From: Squalus acanthias
Lineage: Eukaryota
DNA length: 64,000 bases
Reading direction: 5' to 3'
NCBI GenBank assembly: GCA_030390025.1
Contig: CM059431.1
Location: 110,734,001-110,798,000, forward strand
Part shown: positions 38,391 through 50,099 of the stretch, piece after piece
How the letters are laid out: the number at the start of each line of letters is the position of its first letter
Numbering within the stretch: position 1 is the first letter of the stretch
Translations under genes and position numbers: made by a program
The notes under the pieces: model-generated
Seen by the model: the letters and a program-made list of their open reading frames with translations, nothing else
Told to the model about the DNA's origin: nothing
Database searches by the model: none

Positions 38391-38639
38391 CTTACCATCA
38401 AGTGTGAAGAAAAAAAACCCTATTTAAATTTAACCAGGGCACCATTTAGGTGCATGGAGGGATGGCAGCATTGGAAGCATTATGTGCAATTCTAAATGTG
38501 CTGCTGACAACTCCAGGCCTATTATAGTGCACCTCTTCCACCCCTTGGCTCAAGTCAGCTAGCACAGAACAGACTAAGGATCAAACCTGGAACCTTACAG
38601 ATCTGTGTAGCTCATTACCACACTGGTGGTGCATTTCTC

Positions 38640-39017
38640 GTTGAAACATATAAAATTCTTAAGGGTCTTGACAGGGTAGATGCTGGGAGGATGTTTCCCC
38701 TGGCTGGGGAGTCTAGAACACGGGGTCACAGCCTCAGAATAAGGGGTCGCCCATTTAGGACTGAGATGAGGAAAAACATTTTACTCAAAGGGTTGTGAAT
38801 CTTTGGAATTCTCTACCCCAGAGAGCTGTGGCGGCTCAGTCGTTATATATTCAAGACAGAGATCGATAGATTTTTGGATACTAAGGGAATCAAGGGATAT
38901 GGGGATAGTGCGGGAAGGTGGAGGTGAGGTAGAAGATCAGCCATGATCTTATTGAATGGCGGAGCAGGCTCGAATGGCCGAATGGCCTACTCCTGCTCCA
39001 ATTTCTTATGTTCTTAC
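38640..39017 (+). mobile_element. CR1 LINE 3' end
   Basis: Homologous to the reverse complement of 12622-13004. Ends ttcttatgttctta. Confidence 0.9.
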
Positions 39018-42000
39018 ACACTGTGCCATCATGGAAGCTAGCTACACATTTCTAATTGTGTATTATTTTTGGACATGATGTATGATATTGAGGGAAGGGT
39101 TACAATTTTTTTTAGAATATTACATCCCATAGATAATTTCTGTTGATATAAAGTACATAGGCCGCTTATTCAAACTCATTCTCTTTGGGTCTGTGAGTCA
39201 TGCCAGTTCATGGTGGGCCTACTCAATGGAATGCCATAGGCAGATAAGATATTCTCTCTTGGCTCACAGGGATGGGGGGAGGGGAATTCATACAGACCAG
39301 CTCAATCCAGTTGAATTGTTGACTGTACCAGCCGGCCAATAGTGGAGCAACACTGATGACAGCTTTGACCTTAATAACAAATAGAAAAAAGTGCAGGAAG
39401 GGTCAAAATGCTATGTTTGTCATCTAATTAAAAGGCCATATGATTAGAAGCTCGATGTGTGTGCCTGCCATCAACTGAGCACTTTGGCCAAATGGCTCAC
39501 CTTGGGGAGGCTGTGGGAACAAAACGGACCATCTCACCTGGCAGCAGGTGCACCTTCTATTAGAAAAGCACAACGCATTGCTGGTAGTCATGAGTTAATC
39601 AGCATACCTCCTGTGTGGAACAAGATATGTTCAGGTAATGGGCCTTATTTGGCAATCATAAAAAAAAATGAAAAAAACAGAAAACTGGGGATTGTAAATC
39701 TCCTACAAGAGTACAATTATTTCATAGACACAAAAGAACTTTGGTAGCAGAAATGAGTTTGGATTTTTAGCTCGGTTTCACCCAAACTGACCCCGAATAA
39801 TTCAAACTCAAACCCAAACCATGAAAATTGCCACTTCTGTAAAGAGAATCCAGGAGGGAACATCACCATTCAGAGTATTTTATCTGTTTGTGTTTGGATC
39901 TAAGAAAGAGCACTATTTTTGTAATATTTTCTCCTGCCAAATACAAATAACCTTCCAGCCACCCACCGAAATCAGGGCAAAATGGTTCAGCCCACAGATT
40001 TCTTCATGGACTTCCTCACTGGATGTTATTTCAGGAAAAGTGTGAGAGTAGATCCTTCCCCTTCTGGTTCGCCCTCCCTCTACAGAAGCTCCTGCCAAGG
40101 ATGGCAAGCTTATCAAGGGAAAGAGTAATTGTGGAAAATCAGTCACGTTTTTGAGTCAAATTCATATCTCCGATCTGGAAATCTAACACTGTAGCATTGC
40201 TGCTTCCTGGCTTTGCTTTGCAGTTCTTGTAGAACAGAGGAGTCTGTTATTTCACATGGGATCCGAACCCAACCCCAGTTCAACTTAACTGGTCAACTGT
40301 GGGCGTGTTTGACCTGTCATTTCCCTTCCCCTCCCCCAAATGGCAATTCACATCTGTAAAGCGACTGTCAAGCTTTCTGACTGAGTTTATTTCGAAATCC
40401 TCAAACAAAGCAAGATTACGATAACAAAAATAAACTATTGTGTACTTTAGGTTATAATTCTGACCTGTTTTCATTCCAGTCTGTAGAACCTAAGGGCTGT
40501 CTCCTGAATTCAACTTCCTAAAACTTTAGTATCTAACTAATAGCACTTCTTGTCAGTAATGATAGGAAACAGAGATAGACTAGCTGAGACAGCCTTACAC
40601 TATATTTTCAAAATCTTTTTTTTAATACACACTAGACCATAGCTAGTGGATAAAGTTCAGCAAGCTGATAATGTCTGCAACTCCGTCAGTGTTAAGACCA
40701 AATTCTCTCACAGAAGTGTTCTACAAACAGTGGCTGGTTATAGTCTAGTTTCCAGCCCAGCCAAATCCCACCCCCTCCCACTCCCGCACCCCACCCGATA
40801 CATTTCCCTGCCGCCCTCCTGCAAAGCAGAACTACAACCATTCTACAGCACCTAATCCTTCCGAGCCTGAAATTAATGCTGTCTTATTGTATAACAGCTG
40901 CAGCACAAATACATGACTGAACTCACCTATTGACAAAAAATGCCCATTGCTGCATTATCCACATAAAATATTAAAATAAAAGCTGCTAGAGAGCGGAAGT
41001 ATTTATTTTCAGTTTTTTTATTTCTTCTTTAAATCTCTGCCTTGTGCTTTTACCAGGGTAGAGGAATATGTGATAAAACATGTACATTTATAGTCACTCC
41101 CCCCCCCTTATATACTGTATAGCTTTGCTGCAGCCAAAGTCAACATTAACAAACAGTGGTCAAAAGGTGGGAAGGTCAAGGTTTGTACTGAATGTTACAC
41201 TAAAAATGCGCACACACAGAGACATGCATGTTCAAAGGATGATGTTGGGCAGAACAAGGTTATGACTGTGAACAGTAAAGCCGGACAGTTTCTGACAGTA
41301 CTCACATGGCATTAACAGAATCTAATGCCACCAGGGGATAGCACTCCTATTTTCGTTTCAGCAATCCCAGGCTGCAGAGTGGTGTGGTGTCTGGCTGCTT
41401 TTTAAACTGAACAAGCGACCCTCTCTCCGCCAGTCTCTGTAAGTGTCTGCTGTCAACTCTGGCCAAGTCCACCAAAAAATCCAAGATAGCACCTCTCAAG
41501 GCTTCAGCTCTGGCTATGAACTATGAACCAGTATCGAGCGACAGACGCACATCATCGCCACTGATTACGGGATGTAGCACTAAGGCTACTGAAGATGGCA
41601 TGAGCTTGCCTCCCCTTTCACTGACACTCCCACATCTGTAGCCCTTCTGACTCTTATCCTCGCACACCAACAGCTACATTCAAGCCACTGAGATTTCTGA
41701 TCACTGCAAGAACTGTTAGGAAAACAAGCGAGACACGAGTCAAATTCTATCTAGCATGCCTCCTCAACGCAGTACGACTGCCACTGCCTTCAGAAGTGAG
41801 CCAGCACAACACAAAGAATGGGAAGAAAGAAAATAAAGCGCTGACCTGGTGGAAAGCTGCAGAGGAGAAATATTTCCTTCCCTTATACAGTGTCTCTTCT
41901 CTCTCAGCTGCTGTTTTCAGGAAATGAATGGGGGCGCACAGAGGACTGTTGTACTTGCAAATGACTTACCGGAGTCACATGATCCGGTTAATGTAGGGTG

Positions 42001-42169
42001 GGCCAGTGGGTGGAGGCTTCATAAACAACAGAGGACAATATACCCTAAGCCTTACCAGCATGCATCGAATTACACAGGGGCCCCTTTGTAGGAGGTTTCC
42101 GAGCAGCCCAGTCAGTTTACAGCATTAAAATCAGCGTGGACTTGCAGTATGAGCTCCCTGTATGTAGAT

Positions 42170-42275
42170 GTGTATAATATATCTACATATACTGATATAT
42201 ATATATATATATATACATACACATACACAATTATAGGGATACATGTATGTATATATAATATAGATATATACACAT
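42170..42275. repeat. (TA)n/TACA microsatellite
   Basis: Directly visible. Confidence 0.9.
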
Positions 42276-43864
42276 ATTTTTCTCCCAAAAATATTGGAAC
42301 TGCTGATGATCCATTTACTTCTAGGGGCTTATGCTTCAAAGTAGCATTATTTACAGTGTGCTTTAATTTACCGAAATCATCCTGCCTTTATCTTTTTCTA
42401 TAACCCTGTCTAACCTCCTGTCTTGTCAAGAACTACCCACAAACCTATGTGGCTGCAGCACGAAGTCAAAAATACCTCCTGCAGCCTGTGAAGTCTCTGT
42501 TTAGCAGAGCCGTGTGAAAGTATTTAGAATGAGGTTAAAATAAGGTGGCCGTGGACCTAAATAGACTGCACCGTGTCCTGTTATCCTGGCTGTGTTTAAA
42601 ATATACCTGCTTACATACTTAGCCATACCCTTTCTGTGCAACATTAGATTGCCCATCATTTGAAACAGTTCTTCTACACAATATAGTTTTATATTAAATT
42701 GTAAAATAAGCAGAGCCCACTTGAGCAGTCCACTTATGACCAACTGTGTTTTATGAAAATAACAGTTACAAAAACTGTAATAACTAATATAAAAATACTT
42801 TAAAAACAGAATATTGCCTAGAATTGCAGTAGTTATTGAAAGGTATCAATTCTAGCCACAAGTAGAGAATCGAGCTGTTTTTATTTGAGAGAGAACAGAC
42901 TAGAAAAATAGAAGCCTGATGGGGGATGGAGTGTTGCCAGGGATTTGTGCAGTTTCCTGACTCCCTCTCTGCTGCTGTTGAGAGAGAAGAGAAAGGCCAC
43001 TGCTATGCAACCTCTGCATCAGCTCTGACATATTTCCTCCTCCTCCTCCTCCTCTCCGCCTTGAGAAGTGACCTGAGCTCATCGAGCAGGCAGACTGCAC
43101 AGCGAGCGGAGCACTGGTTCCCAGGCTGCCTGAGGTGGCAGTCACTGTGCGCACTGAAACGTGGAGGTGGCAACCTGAGGTTTGGAGATTCTCGCAGCGT
43201 GTCGGTGGGGGTTGCGGGGGGAATTTACCTCAGCCATAGTGGAAACAATGATAGCGCAGTTCCAAATCACTTAATACTGCAGCTTTAATTAATGGCAGAG
43301 CGGTATTATCAAAACCTAAAATTTGACACGGCATTTTGCTAGGCACATTGATCAAAGACGGTGAGAGACCTTGTCTGTACGAACCAAAGCAGGTTTCCTA
43401 GGACATGCACTTGTCAACGCACATTGTTCTGTAGCTGCAGGACTGTCAATATTTCCATGTACTGAAGCAAGGCAGGTTTTTAAAACTGTTTAAGCAGTGC
43501 CAAACAGAAAACTCACCACATTTGACTGTTATTTATGTCTATATACATAAACCATATTTCAATGAAGAAGATAGTCATCAGAGATATTCCTGTGCAGATA
43601 ATAATTAAAATAACCCATTTGTAACCAGGCTTAAAATTATATTTCTGGTTTATGGTTTCCAGGCATTTAGCTAAAACAAGTAGTGACACACATTCACAAT
43701 GGATTATGTACTTTGCACATCCTGGTGCGATGGCCAGGAGACACTGGGTCCTGTCAAGGTCCCTGGATTTTTCCTGGTAGCCCAGTGGCGATTATCCATT
43801 TAGTCTGCTTCGTGGCTTAGCAGTGGGCACGGATGCAGCCATTGGCACTTTTGTATGTGTGTGT

Positions 43865-44520
43865 GGGGGGGGGGCGGGAGGTGGGAGGAGGAGATTCTTT
43901 CATTTCCCTAGTGGCCAGCATGGACCTGATCATTGATGGGGTGGTGGGGGGTTGGAGGTGGGGGTGGGGGGTGGTGGTGGAGGAGGGGCGGTGGCGGGGG
44001 GGTGGTGGCAGAGGAGGGGTGGTGACGGGGGAGGGGTGGGGGTGGGGGGGTGGTGGCAGAGAAGGGGTGGTGGCGGGGGGTGGTGGCGGAGGAGGGGTGG
44101 TGGCGGGGGGAGGGGTGGGGGCGGGGTGTGGTGGTGGAGGAGGGGTGGTGGCGGGGGGAGGGGTGGGGGCGGGGTGGGGGTGGGGGGTGGTGGCGGAGGA
44201 GGGGTGGCGGCGGGGGGGTGGGGGGTTGGTGGCGGAGGAGGAGTGGTGGCGGGGGGAGGGGTGGTGGTGACGGGGAGGGGTGGGTGTGGCGAAGGAGGGG
44301 TGGTGGTGACGGGGGGAGGGGTGGTGGTGACGGGGGGAGGGGTGGGGGTGGCGGAGGAGGGGTGGTGGCGGGGGGAGGGGTGGTGGTGACGGGGGGAGGG
44401 GTGGTGGTGACGGGGGGAGGGGTGGGGGTGGCGGGGGAGGGGTGGTGGTGACGGGGGGAGGGGTGGGTGTGGCGGAGGAGGGGTGGTGGCGGGGGGGAGG
44501 GGTGGTGTGTGGGGGTGGGG
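43865..44520 (+). repeat. G-rich degenerate minisatellite (GGTGGTGGCGGGGGGAGG variants)
   Basis: About 600 bp of near-continuous G runs. It generates spurious Pro- and Gly-rich ORFs. Confidence 0.92.
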
Positions 44521-45079
44521 AATTAGATATATTCAGGTTCTTGGCGGGTATGCACCTGTCATATTTAGGGATTTCTTTTGACCATTTTTCCACTGAAAGG
44601 ATTTGGAAAAGAGTTACATTTAAATGTTGGGGTTTTTAAAGCAGCATATATTCACGCAAGTTGTAAAAAAAAGAAACTGAGATGAAAAGTGGGTAAAATG
44701 CTAAGGAGCTTGGTATTAAAGTTGTTACTCCAAAGGCCAAAAACAAATAGCAATTCATTAACCGTTCTCTGTGATGAAGAAAACTCACTCACTAGGCAAG
44801 GATTTTCTGGCATAGACCTTCCCCTTTTATTTGTGAACTCAGTATGTAAGAATTGAGTCAAAGACACGCACTGACAATCAGGTTTTTGAACAGAAAGCTT
44901 CTTGGGCAGCCTTTCCTCAGGGTCAGAGGTTTAGAAGTTATTTGTTTAAGTCAAGCATGACGACCCTCTGATATGGGTATGCGTAGCATGTTCTTTATTT
45001 TGTATTATTACACAAAGGCAAGTTGCATGGATTGAATTAAGTGAATCAAATCATAACTGTTGCTCTGTATGTTCACTTG

Positions 45080-45902
45080 GGGCTGGATTTCCCCGGGTCC
45101 CCCCCACACGGTGCGGGAGGGGGGGGGGCGCGGGAACCCGGGAGACAGCAGGAAACCTGGAAGGTCGGGTTTCCCGGCACGCTGTGGAGTCAGCGTGCGT
45201 GCGATGTCAGGGGTGCGTTCCCCGCCTGGAAGTCAGCCTGATTGACAGGCTGGCTTCCAGTCGGGCGGGGAACACGGACCAGGTAAGTGCTGGGCCCAGG
45301 ATAGTGGGTGGGGGTGGGGTGTTCCAGGCCCGGGAGGGTCCGATCCCTCGGAGGGGGTTTCGATCCCTCGGGGGTGGGGGTGTTCCAGGCCCCGGGAGGG
45401 TCCGATCCCTGTACCCGGGCGTGGGGGGGGGTGGTGTTGCATACCCCGGGGGTGTTCGATCCCGACCCCGGGGCCGAATCGCGAACCCGGGGTATGTTCC
45501 AGGCCTGGGGGGGGGGGGGGGGGGCGGGGGGAGGGAGGTGGGTATGATCCCAGGGAGGGTCGGATCCATGACCCCGAGGAGGGGCAGGCTGATGGTGGGG
45601 GGCTTGGGGGGCTGGGTGGAAGCACTCCTGCTCCTCCCGGCCCCCCAAGCATTGCTCCTTGAGGCTGAGGCCGCCTCATTGCAGCCACTGGGAATCCCGA
45701 GCCCCTGGATTCCTGACCGCCTGCAGTAAAACCTGCAAAGCAGGTTAAAGTAGAGGCTTCAGGCCTCATTGTAATATGTAAATTTCCAACCCGCCTGAGT
45801 GAAAGGTGAAAGTGGGCAGGTTGGAGGCGGGGTTCACATTTGCACAGCTTTCACTTCCCCCCCCACGCCTCCAACCCGTTCTTACCTCAGAAAATACCAG
45901 CC
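45080..45902. mobile_element. Harbinger-type MITE with internal G-rich repeats
   Basis: Ends GGGCTGGATTT / AAATACCAGCC. TSD TTG at 45077-45079 and 45903-45905. Confidence 0.75.
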
Positions 45903-46021
45903 TTGCTGTCTGTAAAATAAAACAGTTCAATTATTCAAATCTGGCCTTATCTTACTGATGCTTTTGGTCTGCCTTTAAAAACATTGGCAAGGCGCACATG
46001 AGGACATGTGTGAAAAACACA

Positions 46022-46193
46022 GTGGCGGTGAAATTGGTCTTTGCCAGTAGCACGAAACAGGCTCATAGCGAATCGGCAGCCCGTTTGACACCCGGATCAA
46101 TCTTTTCCATTGAAAATGTGGCATGGTGTAAAATGGGCTGGCGATTTGCTGTGAGCCTGTTACATGCTACTGGTATAGACCAACTTCACCCCC
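46022..46193. mobile_element. Short fold-back MITE
   Basis: Imperfectly palindromic over its length (ggtgaaattggtct...ccagtagca / tgctactgg...agaccaacttcacc). Confidence 0.75.
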
Positions 46194-46410
46194 ATGATAT
46201 CTAGTTTGGATCACAAGGGGTCTTATTGTTACATCCTTGCGTTACACTCCTGCGTAATTAGGGTGTGCTCCTAAACGTAAGGTGTTCAGAGCGCTTACAG
46301 CAGTGACCAGCACCACTAGACCCAAGAGAATACCTAAGGCAAGTCCCGAATTTGTAACAGCATCCAATTTCAGGCAGTCTAGCGGGGGGCAAATCTGTCC
46401 AGAGACAACT

Positions 46411-46590
46411 GAGGGTATTTTACTTGGGCAGTAGCACAAAACGAGTGATAGCGAATCGGCAGCCCATTTTGTTATGTTGGGTTTTCTTTACCATTGACTT
46501 CAATGGATAGATAATCAGATGGTATTCACAACAGGCTGCCAATTCGCTGTCGCCCATTTTGCGTTACCAGCCAAGATGAATTTATACCCC
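46411..46590. mobile_element. Short fold-back MITE, sibling of 46022-46193
   Basis: Shares cagtagcac...atagcgaatcggcagccc. Central palindrome ccattgacttcaatgg. Confidence 0.7.
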
Positions 46591-47288
46591 ATAATCTTTT
46601 GGCTAAATTAATACATACTAGGGGAGGGTGGGGTGGGGGGGGGGGGAATGATCAATTTTGCATCGGGAAAGGGTTAGCTCGCACCTCTAACAGTGCGTTG
46701 GCTCCAAAATAAGTGAATCCTTTGAGCACCCAATTTTTTAAACTTTAAATATTAAAATTGAAAAAGAATTGGAAGCCAGCTCGTCTGGTTTTTTTTTCCA
46801 TTCCTATCTCTTTCCTAACTTTTAAAATTTCACCAACACACAAAGGCCAGTGAGCGGGGCGTGAATCCGCCCTGCTTTTCCTAAATGAAGAGTTGTGGAG
46901 TACTGTACAATCATGATTGCTTGCCTGCAGTGCACTCATAAACGCCTCTGATACGGTGACATTAATCAGGGAAGTGGGTGGTACTTTGCATTAGCACAGG
47001 GTCTTTTCACCTTTGGGACACTGATTTGAATTAAGCTTACTTCTCTATGGCGGCTGTTTTTTTTTTAAGAGCTCTCAACTCAGTTCGTAGTGGTGCAAGT
47101 ACAGAATACAAAGCTGCCCACAATTTGGCAGTGAATTGATGATCTGACTCAGAGATGCCTGAGGGATGGCTGGTCCAGGAAATGAGAAAAAGGGCACAAT
47201 CAGTGATAAGGATTAATCAGCTCCTCTGGAATTGGGTCTGAGGTACATTGTAACGATAGGACCCCTTGTGATCTGACCTGCTTATCAT

Positions 47289-47470
47289 GGGGGTGAAATT
47301 TTTTTACGCCAGTATAATAGCAGAATAGGGAAAGGTTTACACCCTAGCATGGATTGTACTGGTGCGTGAAATGGGAAAATGATCCCAGCGCTATTATCCT
47401 TAACCCTGTTTCCTACCACTAATATCCCTCACTCTAAATGAGCCCAAAAATACATTCAACATTTCCCCCC
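47289..47470. mobile_element. Old short MITE
   Basis: Ends gggggtgaaat / atttcccccc. Confidence 0.45.
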
Positions 47471-47846
47471 AAAAATTCACTCCGGAAAACAGATGTATTT
47501 CCGCTTTTACACTGCCAAGGATTGTGATTCACTTCCACTACAAGTGCGCTGGGCCAAATAGCCTCCTTCTGTGCTATAATTTCTATGGGCTGGAGTTTAC
47601 GAACCTCGGCTGGTCCCGACCCCGCTCCATCCCGGACTCTGAAATTAATTTCCCCTGATTGGGCTTGTTAAACCCACCCAGCGATTTTCCCGGCCAATTA
47701 GAGGAAGCGGGTCTGGCGGTGTCATTTGATGACGCATCATCAGCCGGTTTCCTTACAGGGGCCATGGCCAACTTTCTTTTGACATTTGTGCGGTCAGTGT
47801 TCTACAGCATTGAGATGCTGCAAACACTGACAAGCACTGCACAGAG

Positions 47847-48072
47847 GTGCAGCGCTGCACCCAGGCTCTCCCATGACTCCCTCCATATGCTTATGGAGGG
47901 AGTCACTGCACGCAAAGAGGTCCTCTTCCCTTCCCATGGGCGGAAGAGACCTCCCCAGGAGATCAACACCGTCTGGTTGCATGTTGCAGAGGAGGGCACA
48001 AGCAGGGATGTGGTCAGGAGGACCTGGGTGCAGTGCCGCAAACGTTTCAATGATTTCAGTAGATCACGAAAC
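47847..48072 (+). pseudogene. Myb/SANT-like DNA-binding domain exon (Harbinger ORF2; NAIF1/MSANTD-like family)
   Basis: APRLSHDSLHMLMEGVTARKEVLFP...WLHVAEE...RRTWVQCRKRFNDF fits the trihelix Myb/SANT pattern. Followed by a degenerate donor (gttagt). Confidence 0.8.
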
Positions 48073-48696
48073 GTTAGTACAAAAACACACTCAACCTCAT
48101 CCTGCTGTGCCTCTCATCACATCCCCATCACTCTGCCTTCCCTACCCTACTCCTGCACATCCTTACTCACACCAACTTACCTTGCACCTCCACCCATCAC
48201 TCTCTATCTACATTATCACATTCCCATCTCACTGACCACCCCTCACACTCACCCTCATCCTAGTGCAATCATACCAACTAACAACACACAAGGGTAGGCA
48301 CGTGGGTGTTTTATGCAATGTTCATGTAATGTTTCTATTAATATGGTGTCAAACATTGAAACCTTTATTTTCAACACACTGCATACTTGGACAGATTTGT
48401 CTGCACCTTTGGAAGTGGCTTAGTGAGTTGTGGTGAATGGTGAGACATAATGCCCACCCCCCACAATGGTGATGAGTGTGAAAGGCATTGTAGGGATGCT
48501 TTATGGTGTTGGTGTGGCGTGGTGCCAACCTGGCACATCATTGTAGCAGCCAGGGTGTACAGCATCAAGTGAAGTAAATCTGGCCATGGTGAGGCCATCC
48601 TTGGCCTCCTAGCCAGCAATGTGCTCGGGTGCTGATGCCCTCTGTCCTGCGCAGCATCAGTTGATTGCAGAGAAGGTTGGTGTTGTTGTTGGTGCT

Positions 48697-48812
48697 GCTG
48701 GTGTGCCTGGTGATGCTGGTGTGCCTGGTGATGCTGGTGTGCCTGGTGATGCTGGTGTGCCTGGTGATGCTGGTGTGCCTGGTGATGCTGGTGTGCCTGG
48801 TGATGCTGGTGT
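48697..48812. repeat. 18-bp perfect tandem repeat (GCTGGTGTGCCTGGTGAT) x6 plus a partial unit
   Basis: Directly visible. Confidence 0.95.
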
Positions 48813-50099
48813 TGGGGCTGATCGTGGTGGGATTCTGAGGACCAAGGTGAGAGAGTTTCAAGGGCACCCATGCTGATGGAATAGATGGCAGGTGAAGTAG
48901 AGATGACAGAAGTGATCTGTCAATGGTGGGAGAGGTAATGAGGTCAGACTGGATGGAGACTTGTGTAAAGACTTGCAGCATCCTGAATCTGTAGTGGAAA
49001 TGCAGTTTATAGAAGCTAGTGGTTAAGGGAACATTTCTCAATCAGCTGGGAGCTTTGATTTGACATTTGAAGCTGTCAACTCATCAGCTGATTCAATGCT
49101 CAGTGACTTCCCGCCTCAGCTTCACAGTCGAGGTCTAGGCACAGCGGGAAACCGGTGGGCGACCTGTCAAATTCAAAAAGCTGGGAAAAAACCATTGATA
49201 AGTGGCTGCAAACAAGCCACTAATGATTTTAATTGCCTCCCCCACCGCTGCGTGTCGGGTCTGCTCAGCGCTAACCGACCTGACATTTGGTAAAGGCGCG
49301 TAGCGGCGGGTTCACAGTGGGGTCCTGACCCGCTGGTGCAAAAAAACACTTTCCTACCCGACCCACCACCAATCGCACCCACTGACCTCCCGCAAAATGA
49401 TTCTGTGCACTCTCTAAAAATGAGGCTGTCAATGGGCACAAACACTCTGCATAAGTATGCGCCTTCATAGGAGCAAATCCTCCACTTTATTTTAATTTAC
49501 ATCTTGATTTTAAGTACTGATCACAATTTGAAACTTAATAGATCTGTTGAGCCTTGCACCAGAGACCATTGTTTCTATGCTGGCGAACAGAGAAAGACAT
49601 TTTATAAAGAAAAGCAAACCTGAGACACATATGCAGATTTCTAACTGTAAATTATTATTATTGGGATTAATCTATGGCCAAGATTCACTTTCTGCAGGAA
49701 AGGAAGTCAATCCACCCTCACAAAAATGGTAGCGGACAGGAACTTTGGAATAAAGTCTACTCTTAATTCAAAGTCATTTAATTCAAATTCTATGAAAATG
49801 TTACTTTTGTAAGACAATAAATTTCCACTTTGCTGTGTTTTTTAATTCAAATTAATGGAAAAGTTGATTCATTTTCAGTGCAAAAAACTTAGAATTTTCA
49901 ATGGACAGCAACATTTGTAACAGTAAATTGATATTTGTGCTTAGAGTTTGCTATCTTCTCAAAAATATTTCTTCACGTGGTCTCCAGGACCTCGAAGCTT
50001 GCAACCATAGTCATTAGATAATTCAAAAAATACATATACAGATTAAAAATGAACAGCCATTGCCAATCACCAGGGCAGAGAAACCTGCTGTGGGACAAC

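Larger units (their letters stand above)
47587..49400. mobile_element. Internally deleted Harbinger transposon: Myb/SANT gene remnant on +, transposase N- and C-terminal remnants on -
   Basis: Left TIR GGGCTGGAGTTT, Myb/SANT domain peptide, and homology to inverted 58892-60345. Right end is degenerate. Confidence 0.8.

Noticed and set aside
40086..40124. 39-nt frame-preserving micro-exon (APAKDGKLIKGK)
   Set aside because: Good acceptor but weak donor (GA|gtaatt). It may lie in an old MITE end, and no partner exons were found.
42900..43288. 84-aa and 120-aa ORFs across the GGA repeat
   Set aside because: No homology recognised; more consistent with UTR/promoter sequence.
43817..44639. Long Pro-rich and Gly-rich ORFs (up to 258 aa)
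   Set aside because: By-products of the G-rich minisatellite, open in several frames on both strands.
48697..48812. CRISPR-like array
   Set aside because: Contiguous repeats without spacers, in eukaryotic DNA with no cas genes.
48371..49041. Histidine-rich or collagen-like (GVPGDA) protein gene
   Set aside because: An 18-bp VNTR inside a deleted transposon. The sibling copy lacks both the repeats and the ATG.
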